Of a stretch of 64,000 bases of DNA, positions 28,870 through 40,369 are shown piece after piece; the stretch's first letter is position 1; each line of letters begins with the position of its first letter. The translations under genes were made by a program, and so were the position numbers. The DNA is from the human T2T-CHM13v2.0 reference genome, Homo sapiens. The notes below the pieces were generated by a model, which ran no database searches, had not been told where the DNA came from, and saw only the letters and a program-made list of their open reading frames with translations. The stretch is from the NCBI RefSeq assembly GCF_009914755.1, contig NC_060926.1, one strand, 5' to 3'.

Positions 28870-29010
28870 CTCATTAAGGATGGTGTTTCCTGGGCTTCAT
28901 CCAGATTTCCTGGTTCAGAATCAGAAGGGAGAAAATAGTGATCCAAAACTCAATCTTCTTAAAACTATTTCTCAGGTGATATTATGCATGCCAAAGTTTG
29001 AGAAACTCTG
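28870..29010. mobile_element. MER5-like hAT-Charlie fragment
   Basis: CCTGGGC...TCAGAATC...CAGGTGAT..TATGCA..CCAAAGTTTGAGAAACTCTG terminus. Confidence 0.6.
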
Positions 29011-29559
29011 AAACATCTTCACCTAGAAAAAGTTTAAACAGAAATCTTTTCCGTAAATATTGTAGCGGTTGCTGCAGCAGATTCAGTGAGTGCTGTTTAC
29101 GAAAATGTCAGTAGACAGGGTGAATTCCACATAGGCTCCTGTGAATTATTTACAGGATAACTAGTAGAGACTCAAGAGTTTTTATATAACCTTTCTGTAT
29201 ACCAAAATATCTTCTGAAATTACTGTGGAAGAATTTCACCAGTCATAGACCAACCACATATATCCGCAGGCACCACCACCCACGACCACACACACACACA
29301 CACACTCTCTCTCTCTCTACTGAGAATAGTAGCCTGGATGTGATCATTACCCCTGCAATCTCCACTGATTTCAGTGGGGGGTAAAAATCTAGCATTCTAA
29401 ATAAATTATCCTACTTACTCTTACTCACTTCATAAGAAATTAAAAATATATTCTTCCAAAAAGTATATTTCTAAATGGGAATTATAGAATCAAAATTGCA
29501 AAGCTATATAGGACATTAAAAATACTTCAGTTGTTAGTCAATATTGTTCAGGGCTTATT

Positions 29560-29775
29560 ACTCAGGTTTTGTAGCAAGACTGCCTTCCAAGCACTGGCTC
29601 TGTTACTATTGGGTGTAGGCCCATGATCTCACTGTGCCTCAGTTTCTCAGCTGTACTGTGAGGACTACTCTACTACCTATCTCACACGGTGTTGAAAGGA
29701 TTAAATGAGTCATTATGTATAAGATGCTTAGAATTTTGCTGACAGATACTAAGTACTCAGAAAATGTTTATTATG
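29560..29775 (+). mobile_element. MIR SINE
   Basis: CTGTGCCTCAGTTTCTC...TACCTATCTCAC..GGTGTTG.AAGGATTAAATGAG...GCTTAGAA. Confidence 0.8.
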
Positions 29776-30975
29776 ATCAACTCTTCTTATTTAATTCAAC
29801 AATCACATCTTATAGCTAAGAGAGTTCACTGAGGACCAGAGACACAAAACAATTTACCCAGGTCACACGAGAAAGCCAGGAGCAGGACCTGGATTCCAAA
29901 TTCTAAGTTAAATATCTTTCCAAATGTGCCTTGCTGAATTCTCGGAAGATAATTCTGTTTTTGTTGGTTTATATCTAAACCTTACCCTTTGCCTTGAAAC
30001 CTATAAACCACCATATGAACAGTTAAAAATAACTTTGCTTCTCCATGACACATCCAAAAACTATCACCACCATCATCTCTCTGTTTATGAACAAGATAAT
30101 TTCCTCAATAATTTAATTCAGAAGGAATTTTTACAAGTCTCATATCTATAGAGCTGTGAAAGCACATATTGTTGTTATTGAAATATGGAAGCAAAAAATC
30201 AATGTGGAAAATGAATTGTGGTATAGCCTTGCTGTGGCTCATAATTGGGTTCTTTTCATGTATGCTAATTGCTTGATCACCTATTATAGCTCGGGCCTAA
30301 TTTTATTCATAGTTTTTCATCCTTCCTCTGGGAAATGTATGGATGGTTCTGGCATACATCTCCTTCTCTTTTGAAATCCCTACGACCAACAATCCATTTA
30401 ATTATTTTTAGTAATGACTTTGGTGAATGCATTAGACATACTGCAATTTTGCGGCTCATTCTGGATTTGGTTGTTTTGCTATTGCTAAGTTAGAATATCA
30501 TCCCCAATGTTCTCTTTTGGCAGTGTTTTGGTAATGCCTAAAAGATACTTTGGGGATGTTCTGAGATGCATGTTAGTTTTCTTTCCCCATTCCAAAATAG
30601 TGTTTATGGCTTCATGTCTATTTCTGCCTCTGGGTTACAACCTCAAGAGAACCAGAGGTTGACAATTTGGCCACATGGTGATGCAAACAGAAATGCCATT
30701 TTAAGTATTTTCTTCACCCTGACTTCCTCCATGTCCTTCATCTTGGTTCCTCCTATTTCAGTGACCCACCCAGGCCTTTCGTGTCCTTAACGGATATGGT
30801 AACTTTCTTTACTTCCCAATACCCACAATAAAAAATTTTTCCTACCTCTATAAATTACTCCCTTAAGGTTATGATAGTAACTAAAGCTAATCATATATGT
30901 TAATATTTAGAGCATTTAGAACAGTCCCTAGCACACAGTAAATGATATATAATATTTGGAAAATACAAATTAATA

Positions 30976-31105
30976 GCCAGGCACCATGGTGCACACCAGT
31001 AGTCCCAGCTGAGGAGCACAACAGCTAAGGCGGGAGCATCACTTGAATCCCAGAATGTGAGGCCATCCCAGGCAATATGAGTTCCCATCTCTAAAAAAAA
31101 AAAAA
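30976..31105 (+). mobile_element. FLAM / Alu monomer
   Basis: GCCAGGCA..TGGTGCACACC.GTAGTCCCAGCT...ATCACTTGA...CCCATCTCT followed by A13. Confidence 0.8.
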
Positions 31106-31928
31106 TGTTCTAAGGTAAATCTATTAAATAATTTATAAGTTCTTCCATAAGAATATGTGCTTGTTTCAAAACAAGGAGTTTTAATAACATAACGCAAAGG
31201 GTAGGAATTTTTATACTAAGACCACAAAGTAGAAATTTTGGTAATCCTAAAAATACATTTGATAGCAACTACTTACTCCAACTCTTTTAGTTCCAGGTTA
31301 CATCCCTCGGAATGTGATCAGAAAGAATGCATGACAATGGAGAAGTAACACTTCCCACTCTGGTCACTCTGCCTTTCCACTGCCATAGACTCCCACATTT
31401 CTCTCACTTTAACAGAGCCTGACTATTGAAACCTTATGACTCTTGCCCTTATTCCATCACCGCTCTCTCATATACAGTTAGGATATCTTCCAGGAGCTCA
31501 GGTCTGGTTATACCATGATGCTTATCTACATGTGACATGGGCACAAATGGTGATAAGATCTTGTATCTAAGAGGGTCGTAACTTTTCTACAAGATGATCC
31601 ACAATCTCAGTGATAGTCATCATATTAAAACATAGAAAAATAATTTGCCCTCTTATTCTTATTTCTTAGGTGGTTTTATATTTTGGATTATCTTATTTCC
31701 TCCTCTCTTCTTCCTCATGTCAGCAGTAGAAATAGACATATGTATAAAATACTTTAGAAGCAGAATGAAGGAAAGAATTATTTCTACCTGTTTGGGTTCA
31801 AGATAGTCTTTAAATGGAAGATATGTGAGTTGAGCCCTGAAGTAGGGGTCACAGTCTGTGAGTGCAAGATTGAGGACTTTCTAGGTAGGGGAAATTTCCA
31901 GTCTGTAAGTTTGATTTCAGAAAAGACT

Positions 31929-32421
31929 TGTGGTAGGCAGAATAATGACCGCCCCAAAGATGTCTACATCCTAATCCCCAGAACCTGCGAATGTGTTATG
32001 TTACAAGACAAAAGAGAATTAAGATGGCAGAAGGAATTAAGATTGCTCATCAGCTGACCTTTAAATAGAAAGATCTGCCTTGATTATGCAAGTGAGCCCA
32101 ATGTAATTACAAGGGTTCTAAAAGTAGAAGAGGAAGACTCAGAGTCATGCCATGTGAGAGGGACTCAAGCTACCATAGCTGGCTTTGAAGATGGAAGAAG
32201 AGGCAACAAGCTAAGGAATGCAGGAAGCCCCTAAAAGCTGGAAAAGATATGAAAATATATTCTCTCCTAGAGCCTCCAAAAAGAAACACACCCCTGCTGA
32301 CACCTTGATTTTAGCCCATGCAAGACTTCAGACTTACAGAACTATAATGACAATAAATTTGTGTTATTTTATGCCACTCACTTTGTGACAATTTCTTGCC
32401 ACATGAAAAGAAAACCAATAA
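31929..32421 (+). mobile_element. MLT1D MaLR solo LTR
   Basis: TGTGGTAGGCAGAATAATG.CC.CCCCAAAGATGTC.ACATCCTAATCCCCAGAACCTG; GCTGGCTTTGAAGATGGA; CTGCTGACACCTTGATTTTAGCCCA; AATAAATTTGTGTT. Confidence 0.92.
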
Positions 32422-32913
32422 AAATACTGTTATTTAACTGTAGCAAAAGTCATGTTCTCCTTGCAACACCCCTCAAGTAGGATTTACACCTGTGCAGAGA
32501 GAATAAGGAGGCAGGAGCAAAGGCGTTCTTTTGTTTTGAGGTTTCCTCTGTTTTGTCCCAAGCACATTTTCCACTCAAGTTGAAGTTACTTGGGTAAACA
32601 TTGTGCTTTCCTTTTCTTTGGCAAGGGGAAGTCTCTGCCAGGTGGATAGACTAAATAATGTCTCTGAGTAACTTTCCAGCCACAAGCTTTACCCCCACCT
32701 ACTGCAAGCTCTTCAGCTTGGAAGCCAAATGGACCCCAAGAGACCAGTTCAGAAGTCTACATTCCTTCATTCCTTTGGGCTCCCCAGCATGCACTACTTG
32801 GCTGGTTTCTGACTCCCTCTTTCTTCCTGTGACTTAGGAAGTGTATATTCCCTACTCCTTACTCCTATCTGGGTTTCCAATCATTGACTCAACTTAACTT
32901 CTGGAATGGAATT

Positions 32914-33335
32914 GGTCATAGCCTAGCTTCCCTTCAAACACCCAGCCGGAGATAAGAGGTTGAGTGCAGGTAGTGATCCTAGGGAAAAGGCATGGGGGCC
33001 TAGGAAGAGTGAAATGAGAAGGTGAGAAAGGAAACTCAAGGGTGTGTAGCAAGCTGATCATCGCTGTGAACAACCAAGCCTCAATCCCCACTAACACCCA
33101 AGAGACAGAGGGAGTTGTCCCTACGGTTGTGCACACCCAGGTTTGTGCAAACTTCGAAATGGCTGCCTGGGCCCAGCAGATGTCCCATGAGGTGATAGAC
33201 TGCAAGCTGAACAGTGGTCCAGCTGTGAGGAGATCCTGGTTGCACCCACTTGCAGCTGGTTGTCATAGCAGTGGCTGGAGTAAAGAGGAAGGCTGGCCTC
33301 TCATCATGAGAGGCAAGGCATGGAGACCCTGACAC
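32914..33335 (-). mobile_element. LTR16-family (ERVL) LTR
   Basis: GAGATAAGAGGTTGAGTGCAGGTAG..GTGATCC.AGG..., CTCAATCCC resemble antisense LTR16. Confidence 0.6.
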
Positions 33336-34435
33336 AGATTGCCTCCAGCATTATGATTGCAGGTCACTGACCTATATTGTCACCCAGACCTTCATTTGTC
33401 ACATTGCCTGACTTCCAGATCACATCCCAACCCTGTTTTCAGTGCACTACCCTTGGACTCAAAGCTTCCTGAAGGCCTTCTATAAATGTGGCTCTCAACT
33501 AGGCCCCATAAACACAGGAGAAACCATCCCTGCTCATCACAACCAAATATATTGTCTGCTATGAAGTGCATGCTTATTCACATAAACAGACTCACATCCT
33601 TCCAAGGCATCCACTTCCTCTAAACCAAGAAAAGGATAAATGCAGCCACCCTGCCATTGTCTCTCAATAAGAAAACGCAACAAACAGATAAAGAAAGCTT
33701 GTACTTTTCAATGTGCCCTTTCATAGTATTCCATTGTTCTCTGTGTTTCTTTAGAGTGTTCTTAAAGAAAATTATAGATTTGGTAACTCTTTTGACACAA
33801 AAGACCGAAAAAGCCATAATGTTCTTGGTCAAAGCTGTTAGCTCCTTTGGGTCTTATTGAAATGATCAAACAAGTCCAACTGAAGGATCAATTTTAACAT
33901 TCTTTTTTTCTAAACCTTCTTTGAAGCTAATATTTAAGGGTCTTAGCAGAGGCTAACAGCAGTAAATTGAGAGTTTATGTGAATTTGGTGATAGAGAATT
34001 ATTCAACTGAGTAGCCCACCTGAGCTGAATTCCATGACCATCATCCTATTTGAAAAAGCCAACTCTGTTCCCTCTGTGTCCCCTCAGAGAGTTTCTCTGC
34101 AAATGCCTTAAGCAGCATCCTCCGGCACTGAAATGGTGGCTCCCCTGCAGCAGGCTGCTGCCATGCACAGCTTTTGATCTAACGACTCATGCCAGACCAT
34201 GTGCAAAGCTGCTATGCTAATTTCTTTCCTCCAAGCATTCTGTGTCCCCGGTGGCAGGCACCATACAACATTCAGAAACGTTTTCCTTAACTGGTACATG
34301 AAGCTCAGAAGATTGCTGTTAATTGCATGGTACATATTGATTACCCTTGCTCCTGGAGTTCATAATTTTGCATATTGCAAGTCAAACTAGGCATATCCTG
34401 ACTTCTCACAAAGAACCAGCCTTCACAGTTTTCAA

Positions 34436-34602
34436 TTCATTTTTCTTCCTTTCTTCCTGCTCTTCTCTCTCTCCCTTTCTCCTTTATCCTCTGCCTCCTC
34501 CCTTTCTTTCTTATCGTTCTCTATTTCTTCTTTCTTCCCTAATTCTCTTGCTTCCTTCCTTCTTTTCTTTCCTTCTTTTATTGCTTCTTTTTCATTCTCT
34601 CC
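34436..34602 (+). repeat. CT-rich low-complexity polypyrimidine tract
   Basis: Seen directly. Confidence 0.85.
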
Positions 34603-35414
34603 TACACACATACACAAAACTCATAATGCCGTCTCCCTATTTCTCATTCACACATAAATGAAAAACTTCCTGGTGATTACGACAATTCTATTTAAAAAGC
34701 AGACATCAGATTCATCTCATATTCTTAAATGTCATTTCTAAATGTCATCAAGCATTAAACTGGATTTTATTTTTAAATACATGTTTTTGAGAGAAGAACA
34801 AAGTATTATTTATCAATTAATTAGCTGCTTGGTGTGTTCAAGAAAAGTGGTGGAACATTCACTAGTAAATCTATAAAGCAAAAATCCTTGGAGAAGCTCA
34901 TGTGCTATGTAATTAGAGCTAATTAACACATTTGCTAATTGACTATTATTTAGCACTCCAGCTGCTGAAGAAAAATCCATAGGCCCATTAAATATTAATC
35001 AGCAAAAGTCTATTGTCTGATCCTGTCAGCTTCTGTATTGAGGAGATTTTACAAACACAGCTTTGTTAGGCTGGATACAGAGCAACACATAGTAGATGGC
35101 TATTGAGGAATAAGAAAATGAGAATCTCATAATAAGCACATAGTCCTGTATTTCATTCAATTACTTTTTCCTCATTCAGCTGATTGTATTACCAAAAATA
35201 CCAGAAATAGCATATTCACATTGGTTTGCAGAGCTACCAACAATCTTGAAATTTATGTGGCTCTCATTGTATCAAATTCTTGGTATTTTCTCGGCAGCCT
35301 ATGTGACATACCCTTTAGAAAACTAAAGGAAAGCTCACCTATTGTAGAAAAAAAATGCTCTCCATAGCCTTTTTTTAAGGATCCAATAGATCCAATGGTA
35401 CCTTTATAGCTTTT

Positions 35415-35635
35415 TAAAAACATATTATTGAGAAATAATTCACATACCATACGATTCACCGATTTGAAGTATATAATGCAATGGCTTTGGGTATGTTACA
35501 TTATTAATCTTTAAAATGTTTAAAAATTAATTAAATTTAAAATATATATAACAAAATCTGTCATTTTAACCATTTTAAATGTACAATTCAGTGGCATTAC
35601 TTACATTAATAATGTTGTACAACCTCTCCATACCT
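35415..35635 (-). mobile_element. Two short L1M 3'-terminal fragments
   Basis: ATTGAGAAATAATTCACATACCATAC.ATTCACC and CATTTTAACCATTTTAA.TGTACAATTCAGTGGCATTA. Confidence 0.65.
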
Positions 35636-36517
35636 TTTATTAGATTGGCTTCAGTCTCCTTGTGACTTGTGACTAAGGCACAATCTAGGAAACCATCCAC
35701 TGGCCCTTCCTACTCTAAAGAGCTGCCACTCCATTTCCATGCAGCAAAAATGTATCACTGCTCAGTCAGCAGTACCGACCCTTGTGAAAATTGTTCTCTA
35801 ACAGAAGCTACTTTCTGTAGCACTTATCCTGTTTTCTCCTTTCTTAGTTAACTCTGGCTGTGATGTTCACAGTTGGCCAAGCAGTTGTTCTGAACAAGAG
35901 CCATGTGCCCTTTCTCCTGCCTCCCAGGTGAGAGTCCCTGGCAATCTCCAGTTTGGTCAAATTGCTAGAAGCATCTCCAGCTATCCCAAGATTTCATGTG
36001 ACCTATACCTTTTTCTCCCTATTACTTGCCACACAAAGGTCACCTCATCCTTTTTCCACGGGAGGCCTAGTAAGACAACAATCACATCAAAGTAATCACA
36101 ATGAATATAATAATTTTATTTACTAGCAATGTAGCATCCATTTTCAGGAGTTCTGCAGAAGTTCCCCAGGTAATTAACTGCTTTCTTTCTTCCTTTAGCA
36201 ATCCTGGAAATACCAAGCACGGGGAACAGAAAAGCTTACACTTTCCACAGAATTCTATTAATGTGTTTAATTTTTATTAAAAGAAAACAAAACACCTTCC
36301 AACAATATCAATTTTGTTGTTGTAATATGAAGCTGGAATAATAATAACTAAAAATTATTTTTAAATTGTGGAAGATTTCTGACAGGCACTAAGGCTAAGT
36401 GACTCATATTACATCTCATTTAATTCATAAGAGCCACAGAGGTTATAGATTATGATATAGCTGTTAGGAGGTTCAGTGTCACAAGGATCCACACATTTTT
36501 GTGGGATTTTCTTTATC

Positions 36518-36600
36518 CATTGTATTCATAAATCATACCATCACTTTGTATCCCATAAGTATATACAATCATAAATGGTCAATTTACAATAATTTGTTTT
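36518..36600 (+). repeat. Local duplicate of the L1MA 3' terminus (copy of about 37865-37947)
   Basis: CATTGTATTCATAA.TCATA.CATCACTTTG...ATATACAATCATAAA.GGTCAATTTA.AA.AATTTGTTTT shared, including the post-tail TTTGTTTT. Confidence 0.85.
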
Positions 36601-36649
36601 CTGGTTCCTCTATTTAATATTATCCTAGAAAAGGTTTAGGAGGATGCCA

Positions 36650-37940
36650 GGAAAACACAGGGGGAAAACTACACAGAATTGGTCTGGGCAATGGTTTTTT
36701 GGATTTGACCCCAAAAGCGCAGGCAGCAAAAACAAAAACAGACAAATAGGATTATATCAAACTAAAAAGCTTTCTATACAGAAAAAAAGTAACAGTGTGA
36801 AGAAACAACCTATAAATGGGGAGAAAATATTTGCAAGTCATATATCCAATAAGGGGTTAATATCCAAAATATAGAAAGAACTCAAACAACTCAATAGCAA
36901 GACAACCCAATTTTAAAAAATGAGCAAGAGACCTGAATAGACATTTCTAAAAAAAAAAAAAAAAATACAAATGGTCAACAGATATAAAAGATGTTCAATA
37001 CCTACTAATCTTTAAGGAAATGCAAATTAAAACCCACAATGAGCTATTACCTCACACCTGTCACAATGACTATTATCAAAAAGACAAAAAAAAGTGTTGG
37101 TGAGAATGTGAAAAAAAAGGGAACCCGTGTACACTGTTAGTGGGAATGTAAATTAGCACAATATTATGGAAAATGCTGGGAAGATTCCTTAAAAATCTAA
37201 AAATAGAATTGGCAATCCCTCTTCTGGGTATTTACTTAAAAGACTTGAAATCAGTTTGTCCAAGAGATATGTTCACCCCCATGTTCACTGCAGCACTATT
37301 CACAATAGCCAAGTTACAGATTCGATCTAAATGCCATCAACAGATGAATGGATGAAGAAAACGTGGTAATACATAAACAACGGAATACTATTCAACCTTA
37401 AAAATCACTCCATCACACTCCAGCCTGTGTGCCAGAGTGAGACCCTGTCTCAAAAAAAAAAGGCTATTCTGTCATTTGCAACTACAACATAGATGGAATT
37501 GGACAATTTATACTAAGTGAAATAAGTCAAGCACAGAAACACAAATACCACATGTTCTCACTTATATGTGGAATAAGAAACAATTGAACTCAAAGAAGCA
37601 GAGAGTAGAATGGTGGTTACAGAGGCTGGGGGTTGGGAAATGGGGAAATGAAGAAATGATGGTCAAAGGACACAGTCTCAGACAGGAGGAATATGTTTTT
37701 GTTTTATTTTGTTTTAGATCTATTGCCCAGCTTGGTAAATATAGTTGATAATAGTATATTGTACATTTCAAAATTACTAACAGTATATTTCAAATGTTCT
37801 CACTACAAAACAATGATAGGTATGAGATAACAGATATGTTAATTGACTGGATTTAATTATTCCACATTGTATTCATAAGTCATAGCATCACTTTGGACCC
37901 CATAAATATATACAATCATAAAGGGTCAATTTATAAAAAT
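36650..37940 (+). mobile_element. 5'-truncated L1MA (MA5/MA6-like): ORF2 C-terminus and 3' UTR
   Basis: ATTGGTCTGGGCAA..GACCCCAAAAGC, AAAATATTTGCAA, AGCACTATTCACAATAGCCAAG, TGTTCTCACTTATATGTGG, 3' end TTGTATTCATAA. Confidence 0.92.
37404..37461 (+). mobile_element. Severely 5'-truncated Alu (last ~50 nt) inside the L1MA
   Basis: CACTCCAGCCTG...CAGAGTGAGACCCTGTCTC followed by A10. Confidence 0.8.
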
Positions 37941-39233
37941 TTGTTTTAAAGTGATTGACACACCCATATTAAGAAATACAATGTTGAAAAACCAGGGCTC
38001 CATGTACCATAGATCACCTGATTGATTAGTAAATGAGACTTCTAGTGGATAGACGCAGCAATTACGTTAGTTATGAAACGATGGCTAATATCTAGGTTTG
38101 CAAAAAAGTAATCAAGGAAAAAAACAAACACTGTTGATTCTACCCTTGAGGTAAGACTGACCACAAATATAGGCAGAGTGAAAAATATCCATCTAAGGTG
38201 AATTTTGGCATACCAGAAAGGACCACTGGCTAACCAGGATCCCTGTCCTCTCACTGGTTTATGCAAGAGATTTTACTTCAGAAAGTGTTATTATAATTCC
38301 CATGTAATTGTGAATACAATAAATAGAAAGGCAGCAAGAACATTTGAAATCCCAAATCCTACTATTTGACTTGTAGGCAAGGAGGCAGGGAAAAGAGATG
38401 GAATATTAGAGAAAATTGTTTTGGGGATAAGGTTCATTCACCAGAGACCCCTGTCTTTAACTAACTATGATGCTCTGCAATGATTTCACATCTGGCTCAA
38501 GGCCTTCATGGAGACGTTAAACACAAGTATGCATTATTGTGTCTGAAGATGATACAAAGCAAAGATAAATTTATTATTCAAGGTAATATAAATAAGAAAA
38601 TGTTTCCATCCCCTAAAAAATCCATTTTGAATAAACGTCAAAACAAACAAACAAACAAAAAAGCTAAAAACTGTTAGAGCTCAAATCGAAGGTTTGTGCC
38701 CAGAGGAAATATATCTTTACTACTAAGTAAGACTTACATCTCAAATCAGAATGCCAAGCGGCAGCAGAAGGCGGGTGGGATATCTCCATGAACAGATTTC
38801 AGTCAAGAAACCTTATCCTGGGTGGAGGATCTGACAGCAGGAACTGATGGAGAAACTTCTGGTATCACTGTCACAACTACGATCAGTTGAATACAGCAAT
38901 CACTTGACTGGAGAAATGGTTCATGTCAGCCACCAAGATGCAACGATGCAACAATGACCCAAACCATATTCCATGCCTGAGTTTCACAAGGCGTGACTCT
39001 GCTATCTGTTCATCTTCCCATCAGCCTAAACACTCTTGGACATCTGTTATTCAGAGGGGACACATTTCTTTGCCAGTATCAAATGGACCAGAAACAAATG
39101 ATGACTTCCTTGTCCTTCCTCCTTTTCTTCCCTTCCCTGGAATCTAAAGGAGTAGATGGAAGAGGAAGAAACAGCGAAATGCCTAATGCGACAGCTACAT
39201 GCCACTGTCTCTAAGTTCTATCCATGAGGATGG

Positions 39234-39875
39234 GTTGATAATAGTGTATTGTACATTTCAAAATCACTAACAGAGTATATTTCAAATGTTCTCATCACAA
39301 AAAATGATATGGTATGAGATAATAGGTATGATAGGTATGAGATAATACATATGTTAATTGACTGGATTTAATTATTCCACATTGTATTCATAAATCATTG
39401 CATCGCTTTGTACCCCATACATATATATATATATATATATTTGGAATAAGCCTCAAAACAAACAAACAAACAAACAAACAACCTAAAAACTGTTAGAGCT
39501 CAAATCGAAGATTTGTGCCCAGAGGAAATATATCTTTACTACTAAGTAAGACTTACATCTCAAATCAGAATGCCAAGCGGCAGTAGAAGGTGGGTGGGAT
39601 ATCTTCATGAACAGATTTGAGTCAAGAAACCTTATCCTGGGTGGAGGATCTGCTGGGCATGACTCTGCTATCTGTTCATCTTCCCATCAGCCTAAATACT
39701 CTTGGACATCTGTTATTCAGATGTTATTCAGATTTTTTATATATATATATATATAATCATAAATGATCAATTTATAATAATTTAAAATTGATTTTAAATT
39801 ATTATATTAGGGAATACAATATTGAAAAATGAGGGCTCCATGTACCATAGATTATCTGATTAATTAGTAAATGAG
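39234..39875 (+). repeat. Direct duplicate of 37744-38037 (L1MA tail plus unique flank), interrupted by a nested insertion
   Basis: Left part 39234-39420 aligns to 37744-~37905; right part ~39745-39875 aligns to ~37905-38037 (AGGGCTCCATGTACCATAGAT...ATTAGTAAATGAG). Confidence 0.9.
39441..39732 (+). repeat. Composite templated insertion: copies of 38626-38833 and 38990-39055
   Basis: About 97% identity by eye (5 mismatches in 170 bp; 2 in 66 bp); flanked on both sides by (TA)n. Confidence 0.93.
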
Positions 39876-39967
39876 TAAAAATATACAATGCACTATTATC
39901 ACCATCCCTAACATGCACAATCATAATCTTGAGGAAAAGAAAGTTAGGGAGACGTGAAAGTAGATTA

Positions 39968-40369
<402 letters not shown>

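Noticed and set aside
39441-39732. Insertion as a spliced-RNA retrocopy (skipped 38834-38989 as an intron)
   Set aside because: The skipped segment ends in AG but starts with AC, not GT. On the minus strand the CT..AC boundaries do not reproduce the observed junction. There is no TSD, so template switching is simpler
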